Shown: one piece after another, positions 37,834 to 50,437 of the stretch | Layout of the letters: each line of letters begins with the position of its first letter | Numbering within the stretch: position 1 is the first letter of the stretch | Source of the DNA: Octopus vulgaris | Lineage: Eukaryota | Length of the DNA stretch: 64,000 nucleotides | Reading direction: 5' to 3' | Assembly: GCA_951406725.2 (NCBI GenBank) | Contig: OX597816.1 | Coordinates: 17,236,001-17,300,000 of the forward strand | Position numbers and translations under genes: made by a program | The notes under the pieces: generated by a model | The model's input: the letters and a program-made list of their open reading frames with translations, nothing else | Told to the model about the DNA's origin: nothing | Database searches by the model: none

Positions 37834-38008
37834 GAAATGGACTCCTTTCTGTTCCCATTTACCAAATCCACTCACAAGCGTTTAGTCAGCCTAAGGCTAT
37901 AATTAGAAGATATTTGTCCAAGGTACAACACTGCCACACAGTGGGACTGAACCCAGAACCATCTGATTAGGAAGCAAACTTTTTACCACACAGCCATTTC
38001 TGCTTCGG

Positions 38009-38220
38009 ACTCCCCTGGCACCTGTGCCGGTGGCACGTAAAAAGCACCCACTACACTCGCGGAGTGGTTGGCGTTAGGAAGGGCATCCAGCTGTAGAAAA
38101 ACACTGCCAGATCAGACTGGAGCCTGGTGCAGCCTCCTGGCTTCCCAGACCCTGGTCGAACCGTCCAGCCCGTACTAGCGCGGAAAACGGACATTAAACA
38201 ATGATGATGATGATGATGAT
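38009..38220 (+). mobile_element. Family C RTE 3' UTR copy (CpG-rich, young-looking)
   Basis: ctggcacctgtgccggtggcacgtaaaaagcacc ... (GAT)n. Confidence 0.85.
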
Positions 38221-38534
38221 ACATATGTATTCAAAGTCATCATCATTAATATAGGTTTCGCATCTACTTTTCTGTGTCCGCATGGGTCAGAAAGAATTTG
38301 TTGAAGCAAATTTCTTTTCAGTTTGATGGCTTTCCTGTTGCAAATCTTTACCTAATTCCAAGGAAGCTAATATTTCATCATTGCCTGCCATGCTTATTGT
38401 CATGGAATCTTATACCCAAATGGTGCTGCTTTTATGACGGTGACACTCGTTTACAATTATAGTGTGATATCAAGACAGGAGCCATAAACATACACGCACG
38501 TTTGTATACACACATCAACATATGTACACCTGTG

Positions 38535-38682
38535 CATACATACATACGTACATTCATACAAACATCCATACAAACACAGATAGGTACATATACATACATA
38601 CATACATACATACATACATACATACATACATAAATGCCTACATACATACATTCATACATACATACATACATACATACATACA

Positions 38683-38716
<34 letters not shown>

Positions 38717-38859
38717 CATACATACATACATACATGCATACATACATACATACATACATACATACATACATACGTACATACATACATTCTGTCTTGCAAG
38801 TGTAAAAAAGTAGATGTTAAAACAATGATGGTGATGATGATGATGATGATGATGAGGAC

Positions 38860-38929
<70 letters not shown>

Positions 38930-39045
38930 GTGATGATGGTGATGATGGTTATGATGGTTATGATGGTTATGATGATGATGATGATGGTGGTGATAATGAT
39001 GATGATGGTGATAATGATGATGATGGTGATGACAGAAATGATGAT
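38535..39045. repeat. (CATA)n followed by (GAT)n microsatellites
   Basis: Directly visible. Confidence 0.9.
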
Positions 39046-39233
39046 TAGGACGATTAATGTGGCACGCACCATAATAAATCTGGTACAGATTGCAAAAGAA
39101 CTGATTTAAAATTCTTACATTTTATTCTTCATTCTTTATTCTTTATTCTTTATTCTTTATTCTTTACTGCTGATTTCGTGTACAAAATTTTTTTTCTGTT
39201 TTATTATCGTCTGGACTCAATAAAACATTCTAG

Positions 39234-39257
39234 GAAAGACTCAGTCGGAATTCCATT
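39234..39257 (+). CDS. Candidate 24 nt microexon
   Basis: ttctag|GAAAGACTCAGTCGGAATTCCATT|gtgagt. Frame-preserving (ERLSRNSI or KDSVGIP), with an upstream pyrimidine-rich tract, in non-repetitive DNA. Confidence 0.3.
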
Positions 39258-39774
39258 GTGAGTAAAAGTGTCATATGTCTTAGAAAAACGGTCAGAACGA
39301 ACTCTTATATCATCGGTTTCATCATTCCGGATGTTGGCAAAACTAGATTATATTTTGTATGTAAGGCTAATTTTCAATCAACCTCCTTTATGAGAAAGGC
39401 TTGCTTGACCAGACAAAGTCTAAATGAAACTTCAGAAAAATTGATCTACGTGTTAAGTTGTTATTATAGAAAAACAGAAAGCAGAAAAAAAAAAAAAATG
39501 GTAAAAAAAAAAAAGCAAAAAGCGTGATTCAATCTTGATTCAGCAGAATGGAAAAAAAATTTATTCCTAAACTTCAATCATTTTATTGTTTTGTTGCTTT
39601 TATGCTCTTCTATTTTGATCTAAGAATTTTTGTTGATACTATGGCTGGTGGTTAAGATATAAAAATTCTCTTATTATTTAAGGAAACTGAAAATCAGTGG
39701 GTGTTATATAGTATTATATTAGCGGCTTAGTTAAGCTTGGATAATTCCTCGGGAGAACTTGGTCATTACATCCA

Positions 39775-40465
39775 TATCATCATCATCATCATCATCATCA
39801 TTGTCATTGTCGTTGCCATTGTCGTTGCCATTGTCTCTGTCAGCATTGTCAAAGTGGTGTTCGTCATCATCATCATTGTCGGCACTGCAACTGCCACCAT
39901 CACCGCTATTACCTCCACCATCACCACCACCTCCACCACCACCACCACAAACACAGCCACTGCCACCACCATCACCAGTGATGTCACTGCGACCACCACC
40001 ACCATCACCACAACTATGATGACAGCCATGACCACGATGATAACAATGAATACCACTACGACCATGACTATGACAATGATTCTGCTTCTGCCAACCACCA
40101 CCCTTACCATCATCACTACCACCACCACCACCCTCACCACCAAAACCACCACCACCACCACCCACCACTACCACCCCACCCCACCGCTACCAAATCCACC
40201 ACCACCACCACCACCACTACCACCCCACCCCACCGCTACCAAAGCCATCACCACCACTACCAAAACCACCACCACCACTACCACCCCCACCACTACCACC
40301 AGCACTAAAATCACCACCACCATCACTACCCCCCACCACCACTACAACTATGATGACAACTACGACTACCAGCATGGCCACGACCATGACAACGATGTCA
40401 CCTCTGCCAACCACCACCACTACCACTATCACCATTGCTGCTGTCACTGCCGCCACTGTTGCTAC
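39775..40465. repeat. Degenerate (CAT)n/(CAC)n trinucleotide tract
   Basis: Directly visible. Confidence 0.9.
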
Positions 40466-40467
40466 TA

Positions 40468-40701
40468 CCTATTTCTTTATTACCCACAAGGGGCTAAACA
40501 TAGAGGGGACAAACAAGGACAGACATAGGTATTAAGTCGATTACATCGACCCCAGTGCGTAATTGGTGCTTAATTTATCGACCCGAAAGGATGAAAGGCA
40601 AAGTCGACCTCGGCGGAATTTGAACTCAGAACGTAACGGCAGACGAAATACGGCTACGCATTTCGCCCGGCGTGCTAATGTTTCTGCCAGCTCGCCGCCT
40701 T
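40468..40701 (-). mobile_element. SINE family B, full length, CpG-intact
   Basis: Reverse complement of ggcggcgagctggcagaaac...gggtaataaagaaataggt. Confidence 0.9.
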
Positions 40702-41256
40702 AACATCTGCTTTTTAATTTTTCTGTGGGTCGAACAGACTTTGAGGAGGCAAATTTTTTTATGGCCAGATTCCAGTTCCTGCCATCAACCTTAACCTGTT
40801 TCAAAGCAAAGTAATATGTCACCTTGACCAGACATGATTTTCATAGAAGACTAGAGACAAACAGCATGGCTTCTACTATGATGATGCTCATTTGCAATCA
40901 TCTCATAATATCAAGGCAAGTGTGTGTATACACCACACACACACATACACACACACTCACACACATACATACACACACATAGATGCAGATTCTTCTACTT
41001 GTTTCAGAAATTTAACTGCGGCCATGCTGGAGCACCGCCTTGAAGGGTTTTAGTTGAACAAATCGACTGCAGGACTTATTTTTTCAACCCCTAGTACATA
41101 TACTATTGGTCTCTTTGGACAAACTGCTAAGTTACGGGGATGTAAACACACCAACACTGGTTGTCAAGCAGTGATGGAGGCACAGACAAACACAGATACA
41201 AAGACACACACACATTAATATATACATACACACACACACATACACAATCACATATA

Positions 41257-41629
41257 TAGAAGAATAATGTCTATAATTATGAACAAGTCACAATTATAAC
41301 TAAGAGGATATCAAAACCCTTACATGTTTAGAAATAGCAGTCAAAACTGCTATAAAGCCATGTACAGGAATATTCCCCTGACGAGACGAATGGATCCCAT
41401 AATAGAACCCTAACGTTGAAATTGCTGTAGGGAATTAACCAGTTATTTTCAAGTTGTGGATTCTATTTGTCATGTCCCTGTAGACTGTTTTTATCATGAA
41501 GAGAAATAATATGAGTGGTTTAAATGGCTTTGTAGTGGTTTTGACTGCTATTTATAAACATGTAGGGGTTTTTGAAACCCACTTAGTTATTATTGTGACT
41601 TGTTCGTAATTATAAACATTTTTCTTCTA
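41257..41629. mobile_element. Foldback PLE-type insertion with an internal hammerhead
   Basis: Arms ~41257-41361 and ~41524-41629 contain aaatagcagtcaaaac; the spacer holds the HHR motif. Confidence 0.75.
41373..41434 (+). ncRNA. Candidate type I hammerhead ribozyme
   Basis: ttccc-CTGACGA-gacg...cgtt-GAAA-ttgctgTA-gggaa; 5 bp stem I. Confidence 0.7.
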
Positions 41630-41746
41630 TGTATTTTATGTTTGGACACTGATATATTTATAAATAATTATTAATTCTTCATAATATATCCTCCATAATG
41701 TATTTTTACATTACTTTTTAAAGATATATATATTAACCTTGATATA

Positions 41747-41977
41747 TATTTCTTTACTACCACAAGGGGCTAAACACAGAGGGGACAAACAAGGACAGAC
41801 AAAGGGATTAAGTCGATTATATCGACCCCAGTGCGTAAATGGTACTTAATTTAACCACCCCGAGAAGATGAAAGGCAAAGTCGACTTCGGTGGAATTTGA
41901 ACTCGGAACGTAACGACAGACGAAATACGGCTCTGCATTTCGCCCGGTGTGCTAACGTTTCTGCCAGCTCGCCGCCT
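41747..41977 (-). mobile_element. SINE family B with 18 bp TSD
   Basis: tatattaaccttgatata at 41729-41746 and 41978-41995. Confidence 0.92.
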
Positions 41978-42019
41978 TATATTAACCTTGATATAGATTG
42001 CTAGCTACTGAACCTTTTT

Positions 42020-42201
42020 TTTATTTTGTTACTTTTCCTCCCTGTTTATTTCTGTGTTCCTTTCTGTTGAAGAGCATAGGCTCGAAACATAAAAGTCTTT
42101 CTCACTTCCTAAGTGTTAAACTAATACATCTGTTTGTTGTTTACACACCTGTCTTCCTCTTTTGTTTCTTTTGTAAATTCTCATCATATATATATATATA
42201 A

Positions 42202-42246
<45 letters not shown>

Positions 42247-42450
42247 CAATGATTGTATATACAATCATTTCACCATACTGACATCTACAAGTGTTTATTT
42301 CATTCTCTCTCTATTTTCTCTTATTCATTTTTGTTGAAGAGCGTAGGCTTGAAAAGTAAAAGACTTTTTCATTTTTCCTGAATGTCAGACTAATACACTT
42401 GCTTGTTGTTCATACACCTGTCTTCATATTTTGCTTTTCCATAAATTTCA
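42020..42450 (+). mobile_element. Two tandem family D2 hammerhead-bearing repeats separated by (TA)(TG)n
   Basis: ttt-ctgttga-a-gagc-atag-gctc-GAAA at ~42061 and ttgttga-a-gagc-gtag-gctt-GAAA at ~42331. Confidence 0.65.
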
Positions 42451-42479
42451 AATATATATATATATTTATATATATATAT

Positions 42480-42548
<69 letters not shown>

Positions 42549-42550
<2 letters not shown>

Positions 42551-42859
42551 GAGGCGCAATGGCCCAGTGGTTAGGGCAGCAGACTCACGGTCGCAGGATC
42601 GCGGTTTCGATTCCCAGACCGGGCGTTATGAGTTTTTATTGAGCAAAAACAGCTAAAAGCTCCACGACGCTCCGGCAGGAGGGTGTGGGGGGGGGTGTGG
42701 TCCCTGTTGTATTCTTTTACCACTCTCTCTCCCACTCTTTCTTCTGTTGGCCTGCTCGCTTAGCCAGCGGGGTGGCGTCATTCGAAGGCTAAAACAATGC
42801 GAATGCATTGTGACCAGCGATGTGTAACAACATCTGATGGTCTGGTCGGTCACGTGATA
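42549..42859 (+). mobile_element. tRNA-derived SINE, family F, full length
   Basis: A-box tggcccagtggttag, B-box ggtttcgattccc, tail gatgtgtaacaacatctgatggtctggtcggtcacgtgat. Confidence 0.88.
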
Positions 42860-43514
42860 TATATATATATATAGGTGTGTGTGTGTGTGTATGTGTGTGT
42901 GTGTGTGTATACGATAGACTTCTTTCAGTTTCTGTCTACCAAATCCACCCACAAGGATTTGGTGGGTTTGAGGCTGTAGTAGAAGACACCTATCCAAAGT
43001 GTCATGCACTGGAACTGAACCCAGAACCATATGATTTGGAAGAAAGCTTCTTACCACACTGTCACACCTGCACCTATATGTATATATATACATACACACA
43101 CACACACACAAATATATATATAAATAAGTGCCTATATATATATATACAAATATATATATTAACAGGTTTCTTTCAAATTCCCTCTACCAAATCCATTTAC
43201 AAGGCTCTGGTCTGCCCAGGGCTATAACAGAAAACGTGTGCCTAATGTGTTATACACTGAGACTGGAACCAATCTTAGACGACATGATTGGGAATCCAGT
43301 TTCTTAATCACACAGCCATGCTTGCACCTGCATCAGTGGACTGGCTTTCATGTAATTTCCAATGGCCAAATTACCTTCACTTCATTTTCAACAAACCTGA
43401 GGCTATCAAAGAAAACATTTTGCTTCACTCAAGATACTCTGCAAAGAGATCAAACTCAGACACAAACTTCTTAATCACACACATTCATCTACGGCATATA
43501 CATATATATATATG

Positions 43515-43667
<153 letters not shown>

Positions 43668-43760
43668 CTATCTATCTGTCTATCTACATATAACAGGGAT
43701 GACCACTGACCACTCCATGGACATCCATTATGCTAGAAGTAGATCCACGAAGGTCTTACC

Positions 43761-43993
43761 TATTTCTTTACTACCAAAAAGGGGCTAAACACAAAGGGGA
43801 CAAACAAGGACAGACAAACGGAATAAGTCGATTATATCAGCCACAGTGTGTAACCGGTACTTATTTAATCGACCCTGAAAGGATGAAAGGCAAAGTTGAC
43901 CTTGGTGGAATTTGAACTCAGAATGTAGCGGCAGGCGAATTACCACTAAGCATTTCACCTGGCGTGCTAATGTTTCTGCCAGCTCACCACCTT
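43761..43993 (-). mobile_element. SINE family B with 15 bp TSD
   Basis: cacgaWggtcttacc at 43746-43760 and 43994-44008. Confidence 0.88.
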
Positions 43994-44094
43994 CACGATG
44001 GTCTTACCACTAAGAAAGGAATGTTCTCAAGAAAATTTAGCAACCACCAGAATGTAAGCGAGAAAGACAAATGAAAAGAAGCAAAATATAGATT

Positions 44095-44168
44095 AATCAT
44101 AAACTAGTTTCACTATTAATACTTACACAAAATTACTTATGTAATTGTCCGTAGCTCATCAGTATGAT
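44095..44168 (-). ncRNA. Candidate type I hammerhead ribozyme
   Basis: Minus strand atcata-CTGATGA-gcta...tagt-GAAA-ctagTT-tatgat; 6 bp stem I and palindromic stem III (actagt). Confidence 0.7.
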
Positions 44169-44422
44169 CGTCATTTCAAAAATAATTTGCAGAACTATAC
44201 ATGAAACGTTCACATGAGATTGAACATGTATACAGTTCTACCAATTTTATATATATATATATGACAGGCTTCTTTCAGTTTCAATCTAGTAAATCCACAC
44301 ACAAGGCTTTGGTTGCCCCGAGGCTATAATAGAAGACTCTTGTGCCAAGTGCCACACAGTGGGACTGAGCCCGGAACCATGGGTTTGGGAAGCGAGCTTC
44401 TTACCACTCAGCCACTCCTGCA

Positions 44423-44561
<139 letters not shown>

Positions 44562-44938
44562 CTTATCAAACTTTATTCTACATTGGAAAAATCGTTTATT
44601 TTTGAACTGTACTAATAAACCTACATAGATACAAAAATTGATAAACATACTTTAGATATTCTGCTATAATTTTAGTTTGCACTATTAAAATTTAGTCTAC
44701 GAGAATATATTTAAAGATCATTAAATTCATTACATACACATAATTCTATAATTGGGATAATTTTCATTAAAATTGAGAGTATTTTATAATTTAATTTGTG
44801 TGACATTATATCGAAAGAAAAATATTATTTTCATGTTTTACTTGTCAGATTAGTGCATGAAAAACTGACAGAACAGATTCTATACAGAACTAATCTGTTT
44901 TGTTTTTTATTTCGGTTTTTACCAAGCTATATAATATT

Positions 44939-45835
44939 CTTTTCTACTCTAGGCACAAGGCCAGAAATTTTGGGGGAGGGGTACTACTCGATTACATCGA
45001 CCCCAGTGCGTAACTGGTACTTAATTTATCGACTCCAAAACGATGAAAGGCAAAATCGACCTCGGTGGAATTTGAACTCAGAACGTAAAGACAGCCGAAA
45101 TATTGCTAAGCATTTCGCCTGGCATGCTAATGTTTCTGCCAGCTCGCCACTTAATTATTCTTCCTTACTCTAGGCACAAGGTCTGAAATTTTGGGGAAGA
45201 GCGCCTGTCAATAAGATCGATCCCAGTACACAACTGGTACTTAATTTATCAACCCTGAAAAGATGAAAGGCAAAGTTGACTTTGGTGGAATTTGAACTCA
45301 GAACATAAAGACAGACAAAATATTGCTAAGCATTTCGCCCAGTGTGCTAACATTTCTGCCAGCTTGCCACCTTAAGCTATATAATATTATTCATATGGAT
45401 TTTACCGATTCTTTACAGCTCTAGACAAGAAAATATCGATTTCAAATTTTGGCACAACACCAGCAATTTCTGGGGTGAAAAGAATTCGATTACACCAACT
45501 CCAGTGATCAACTGGTACTTATTTCATCAAACCAGAAAGGATGAGTGGCCAAGTTGACCATGATAGCATTTGAACCCAGAATGTAAATGCATCAAAGCAT
45601 TTTCCCAGCAAGCTAACAGTTCTATCAGTTCACCATCTTAGACAAGAGAAATAATATTAATTTCAAATTTTGGCACAAAGCCAGCAGATTCAGGGCAGAG
45701 GGTAAGTCAATTATGTCAACCCCAATACTTAACTGGTACTTACTTCATTGACCCTGAAAGGATGAAAGGATGAAAGGCAAAGTCAACCTTGATGGCATTT
45801 GAACTCAGAATGTAAAGACAGACAAAATACCACTA
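44939..45835 (-). mobile_element. Cluster of four co-oriented SINE B copies
   Basis: Copies at ~44939-45152, 45160-45373, 45440-45638 and 45660-45835. The first two are jointly bracketed by aagctatataatatt. Confidence 0.85.
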
Positions 45836-45861
45836 TGCATGCTCGTGCACATGTACATGTG

Positions 45862-45892
<31 letters not shown>

Positions 45893-45900
45893 ACACACAT

Positions 45901-45941
<41 letters not shown>

Positions 45942-47945
45942 GACACAGACACAAACACACAAACACACACACATACACACATACACACTCACATGCACAT
46001 GATGGGCTTCTTTCAGTTTCTGTCTACCAAATCCACCCTCCAGGCTTCTTGTGGAAGACACTTACCTAAGGTGCCATGCATTAGGACTGAACCAAGAACC
46101 ATGTGGTTAGGAAGCAGACTTCTTACCACACTCACTAAGACTGAAAGAGATTTGGCTGCTCTTTCTTCCAGTTTGAGTGACTACAAAAGAGCTTCTTCTT
46201 TGATTGAGTAATTATAACTGACTGGACAGAAGTGACAGAATGCATAATTATTAAGTGATTCGTTAACTTGTAGGGTTCTCAAATTGGCTGAGAAAAGGAA
46301 AGAAAGGGTCATTCAAATATATTCAGCTTTTAAAAGTCTTAAAGATTTTATATGAGAGGTTAACCATGTTGAATATCACAGTATCATGGTATTGACCAGA
46401 CTATCAGATATTGTTATACATCACTGGTCACAATGCGCTTCACATTGTTTTAGCCTTTGAATGATGCTTCCCCACTGGCTAGATAAACAGATCAACCATC
46501 CTCCTGACCGGAGGAGAAGCCTCGATGCAGTCACTCAAGCTATTCTGTCAGAGAGTTACCGGTTTACAGCTTAATGGACAGGAACAACCTGAAATAAAAT
46601 ATTTTGTCCATGAATACAACGCACCACCCAGTCTGGGAATTAAACCCACGATCTTATTTCTTTACTGCCCACAACAGGTGGGCAGTAAACAGGTGTTGGT
46701 GTGTTTATGTCCCTCTTACCTAGCAGTTCAGCAAAAGAGATTCACAGAATAAGTGCTAGTTTTTTCCAAAAAAGAATATGTACCGGGGCCAATTTGATTG
46801 ACTGAAATTCTTCAACTCAGTGCCCCAGCATGGCCACAGTCTAATGACTGAAACAAGTAAAAGATAGAAAGATAAAAGGCAAATACTATCTTTTACTTGA
46901 AGATAGGAGATATTATTGGGCAAGCGTCTTCTGCTATATTGTTTATTAAGTCAATTATATCGACCCCAGTGTGTAACTGGTACTTATTTAATCGACCCCG
47001 AAAGGATGAAAGGCAAAGTCAACCTCGGCAGAATTTGAACTCAGAACATAGTGGCAGGCGAAATACCAGTAAGCATTTCACCCAGCGTGCTAACAATTCT
47101 GCCAGCTTGCCACCTAGATTGAACCCACAATCTACCAACTTTGAGTGCAACATCCTCACATGTTGAATATACTAACTTTAAAAAAAAAATTGAGATCAAA
47201 TGAATTATATAACTTTAACTTCTAGAAAGAAGGCAAAAACAAGTAATATTTTAACTAGTTCTTGATTGCAGTTGACACTCTTGCTGTCTACTAACATAAT
47301 ATTATTAAAAAAATAAGTTTTATAGCATCTTTAATAAGAACTGTCATATCTTTCTCATTTCTATTTAGTTTAATATAATTTCTAGCATTTAATATATTGA
47401 TTTACTGAAAGATATCACTTTGACTTCCGACAGAAACTATATCAACCGTGCTTCAGTAACAAACACGCTTAGCCTGGACATAATGATGATTCTGTTTGTC
47501 TTTGCAAAAGACATAATTTATCATAATTGTGTCACATTTTATCATTTACAGAGACAGCAGTTATCGATATTGAGAGAAACTTTCGTAATAATAAAAAGCA
47601 GCAAGTTTGGGATATCATTTCAAGTAGAAAATATCACTTTGTGTTTTTTTTTTGTTTTTGTTTTATTTTACTTTTGTATTTTTTTTCTACATACATCTAC
47701 ATTCCAGTAATATGATATATAAATAATATGATGTTTTGTTTAATATAAGCTGGCATTACCTCAGTTTAATAGAAGCAGTAAAGATTTCTTAATAAGGTAC
47801 TGAAGCTCTAGATCACTATTAATGCTGAACTGGCATTCATTGGTCTGAGAAAAAGAGAATCAAGAAGTCAGATACAGTCGTATTGATTTTGATCCTAATC
47901 ACATCGAACCCGCCTTATAAATAAGCCACGACTATATAGGTAAAT

Positions 47946-48258
47946 GTGAAGGCGCAATGACCCAGTGGTTTGGGTAGCGGACTCACGGTTGTAGGATCGC
48001 AGTTTCGATTCCCAGACTGGGCGTTGTGAGTGTTTATTGATTAAAAACACCTAAAGTTCCACGAGGCTCCGGCAGGGAGTGGTGGCGATCCCTGCTGTAC
48101 TCATTCGCCACAATTTTCCCTCACTCTTTCTTCTGTTGGCCTGCTTGCTTAGCCAGTGGGGTGGTGTCATTTGAAGGCTTAAACAATGCAAGGCACATTG
48201 TGACCAGCGATGTGTAGCAACATCTGATAGCCTGGTCGGTCATGGTTGTCTCGGTGAT
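47946..48258 (+). mobile_element. SINE family F, full length
   Basis: Colinear with 42549-42859; a reverse-complement 3' piece lies at ~46375-46495. Confidence 0.88.
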
Positions 48259-48443
48259 ATAGGTAACTATACAATAGCCAGATGTGGCTGTGTGGTAAGA
48301 AGCTTGCTTCTCAACCATATGGTTCTGGGTTCAGTCCCACTGTGTGGCACCTTGGGCAAGTGTCTTCTTCTATAGTGTCGAGCTAACTGAAATCTTGTGA
48401 ATGGATTTGGTAGACAGGATCTAAAAGAAGCCTGTTGTATATA

Positions 48444-48597
48444 CGAGTGTGAGTCAAAAAGTAATGCCATGTTGTTTAGGACTGGTATAATTACCAACAC
48501 AGGAATATGTATCATACATCAAAATGAAGCTGGTCCACTGTGGATCACATCTCTACTTCTCAACATATTCACTGTTTCTCTCAATAGCAATGTTCCT
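48444..48597 (-). mobile_element. Mariner element 3' end
   Basis: Terminus ta-cgagtgtgagtcaaaaagtaatg; minus-strand peptide IAIERNSEYVEK* (compare C...GxYVEK*). Confidence 0.55.
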
Positions 48598-49031
48598 CTA
48601 AGCTGATGACCTTGTTCTTATAGCTTAATCACTACCAGAACCAGAGAAGAAGTTTCAGGTGTGGAAGTAAGTTCAAGAATCGAAGGGACTTAGAGTCAAT
48701 CTAGCAAGAACCAAAGTCTTAGTAAGTAGGAAGGTATACAAATCACAAAACCCTTCAAGTAGATGGCCCTGCTCAATATTTAGAAAAGGCATAGGAAGAA
48801 ATCCCATAAGATATCCCCAGTGTAAGTTATGGATGTATAAAAGGTGCAGCAATATCAGAGGAAGGTTATCAGGGAAGATAGTTTTTGTCTGTGGAAGGTG
48901 TCCAAGTACAATAACCACCAAAAATGTACAGAAAATAGATTCTATCGCATGCCAGGGGGTAAGACTAGAAGTAATCAATAGTTTCCATTACCTAGGAGAC
49001 CAAGTCAGTAGCAGGAATGGATGTTCTGAGA
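48596..49031 (+). pseudogene. RTE-clade LINE reverse transcriptase fragment with Cys-rich insert
   Basis: (Y>*)ADDLVLIA, GLRVNLARTKVL, WPCSIFRKGIGRN..QCKLWMYKRCS..FVCGRC, FHYLGD; contains stops and a frameshift. Confidence 0.85.
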
Positions 49032-49500
49032 GCATGGCCATGATCGGTTGGTGTTTTTTACATGCCACCGGCACAGAAGCCGGCCAAAGTGGCACTGGCA
49101 TCAGCCACGTTTGGATGGTGCTTTTTACATGCCACTGGCACAGGTATCACAGCAACAATTCCCATTTAATTTTTATTTTGATGTTGATGTACTTGACTCA
49201 ATAGGTCTCCTCAAGCACAGCAGGTCACCTCACGATCCAAGGTAAGCACAGCAGGCCGTCCTGTGATCCAAGGTACTTTGAATGGGCTGGGGCTGGTTGT
49301 GTGAAGCTGGTGTAGGATACAGCCATGAACTCACTTTATTTGCTGGGTCTTCGCAGTCACAGCATATCTCAAGAGGTCTCGGTCTTTCGTCATTGCCTCT
49401 GTGAGGCCCAATGTTTGAAGGTCATGCTTGACCACCTCATCCCATGTCTTCCTGGGTCTACCTCTATCTCGGATTCCTTCAACTGTTTGGGAGTGGCTTC
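49032..49500 (-). mobile_element. RTE LINE ORF C-terminus plus start of the 3' UTR (family C source)
   Basis: VEGIRDRGRPRKTWDEVVKHDLQTLGL...DRDLLRYAV* continues into gtgccagtggcatgtaaaaagcacc units. Confidence 0.85.
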
Positions 49501-49550
49501 GTGTATAATTTTTATACACACACACACACACACACATATATATAAATATA

Positions 49551-49583
<33 letters not shown>

Positions 49584-49588
49584 TTCAC

Positions 49589-49979
49589 TCTATATATAAA
49601 GATGAAGTTGTCTGTGTATGGCAGGTTTGGTAGCCTTCAACTAACACTATCTCCTCCGAGACATTGCGGCACAAGTTGACCAAAATTAAGAGTATGATAG
49701 AAGAAAGCTTGCTCTTCCTTCCTTAGAAGAAAAAATTCAAATCGGACCATATTAACACCAAAAATTATTTACATCAAAAAGATGCTTTTTTTTCTATGAA
49801 AATCCCTATTTTTTACGATTTCTTGACTTTTGTGTTGCCATTTTTCGGTGTATTTTAACCAGAAAAATGTTCACTTAAAGAGAATAACAAGCTACATAAT
49901 GCAAAATTTTTGCTTTTCAAAAATTCCAATTCTAAAGGGTCGATAAACAAGCCCGAGCAACGCCGGGCGATACTGCTAG
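49589..49979 (+). mobile_element. Non-autonomous Helitron, copy 3
   Basis: TC start, gcccg-agcaacgc-cgggc hairpin at 49951-49968, CTAG|T end. Confidence 0.82.
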
Positions 49980-50437
49980 TAATACAATATATATATATAT
50001 AAATGCAATGATTCGGTATGGCTGTAGTCATGATGGCTCAAACAATCTACCAGTCTTATCCCTAATGAAAAGTTACCTTACAAAAAGAAAGTTGAAAAAA
50101 ACTAATGGTGTAAAAGGAGTGCTACAGCTTGGCCTTACTCATGATAGAAGCAAACAAAAGGAGACAAAGAGCTAATCTACATTCAGAAACTTCCTGACAG
50201 AAATGATATACAAATAAATATACAAATAAATAAATATAGAGGAGTGTACCAAGGGATATTGTAATCTCTCATCCACTAATTACCAAGGATCCTTTGTGGT
50301 TTAAGTAAAATGATTGTCGTTATTTAGTAATTATAAGAGCAGCCTAGCCAATCATCAGAACCAATGTTATTAAAGAAGATTCCAATGTAGAGATAGGAGA
50401 TATTATTGTTTATTCTATTCTCACAAGGCAGAATCTT

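Noticed and set aside
31907-39109. Many YI/HT/CV-repeat ORFs
   Set aside because: They are translations of (TA)n, (CA)n and (CATA)n microsatellites.
42549-42625. tRNA-like sequence with A and B boxes
   Set aside because: It continues into a multi-copy SINE body, so it is a SINE head rather than a tRNA gene. The same applies to the heads at 17831, 47946, 57721 and 63882.
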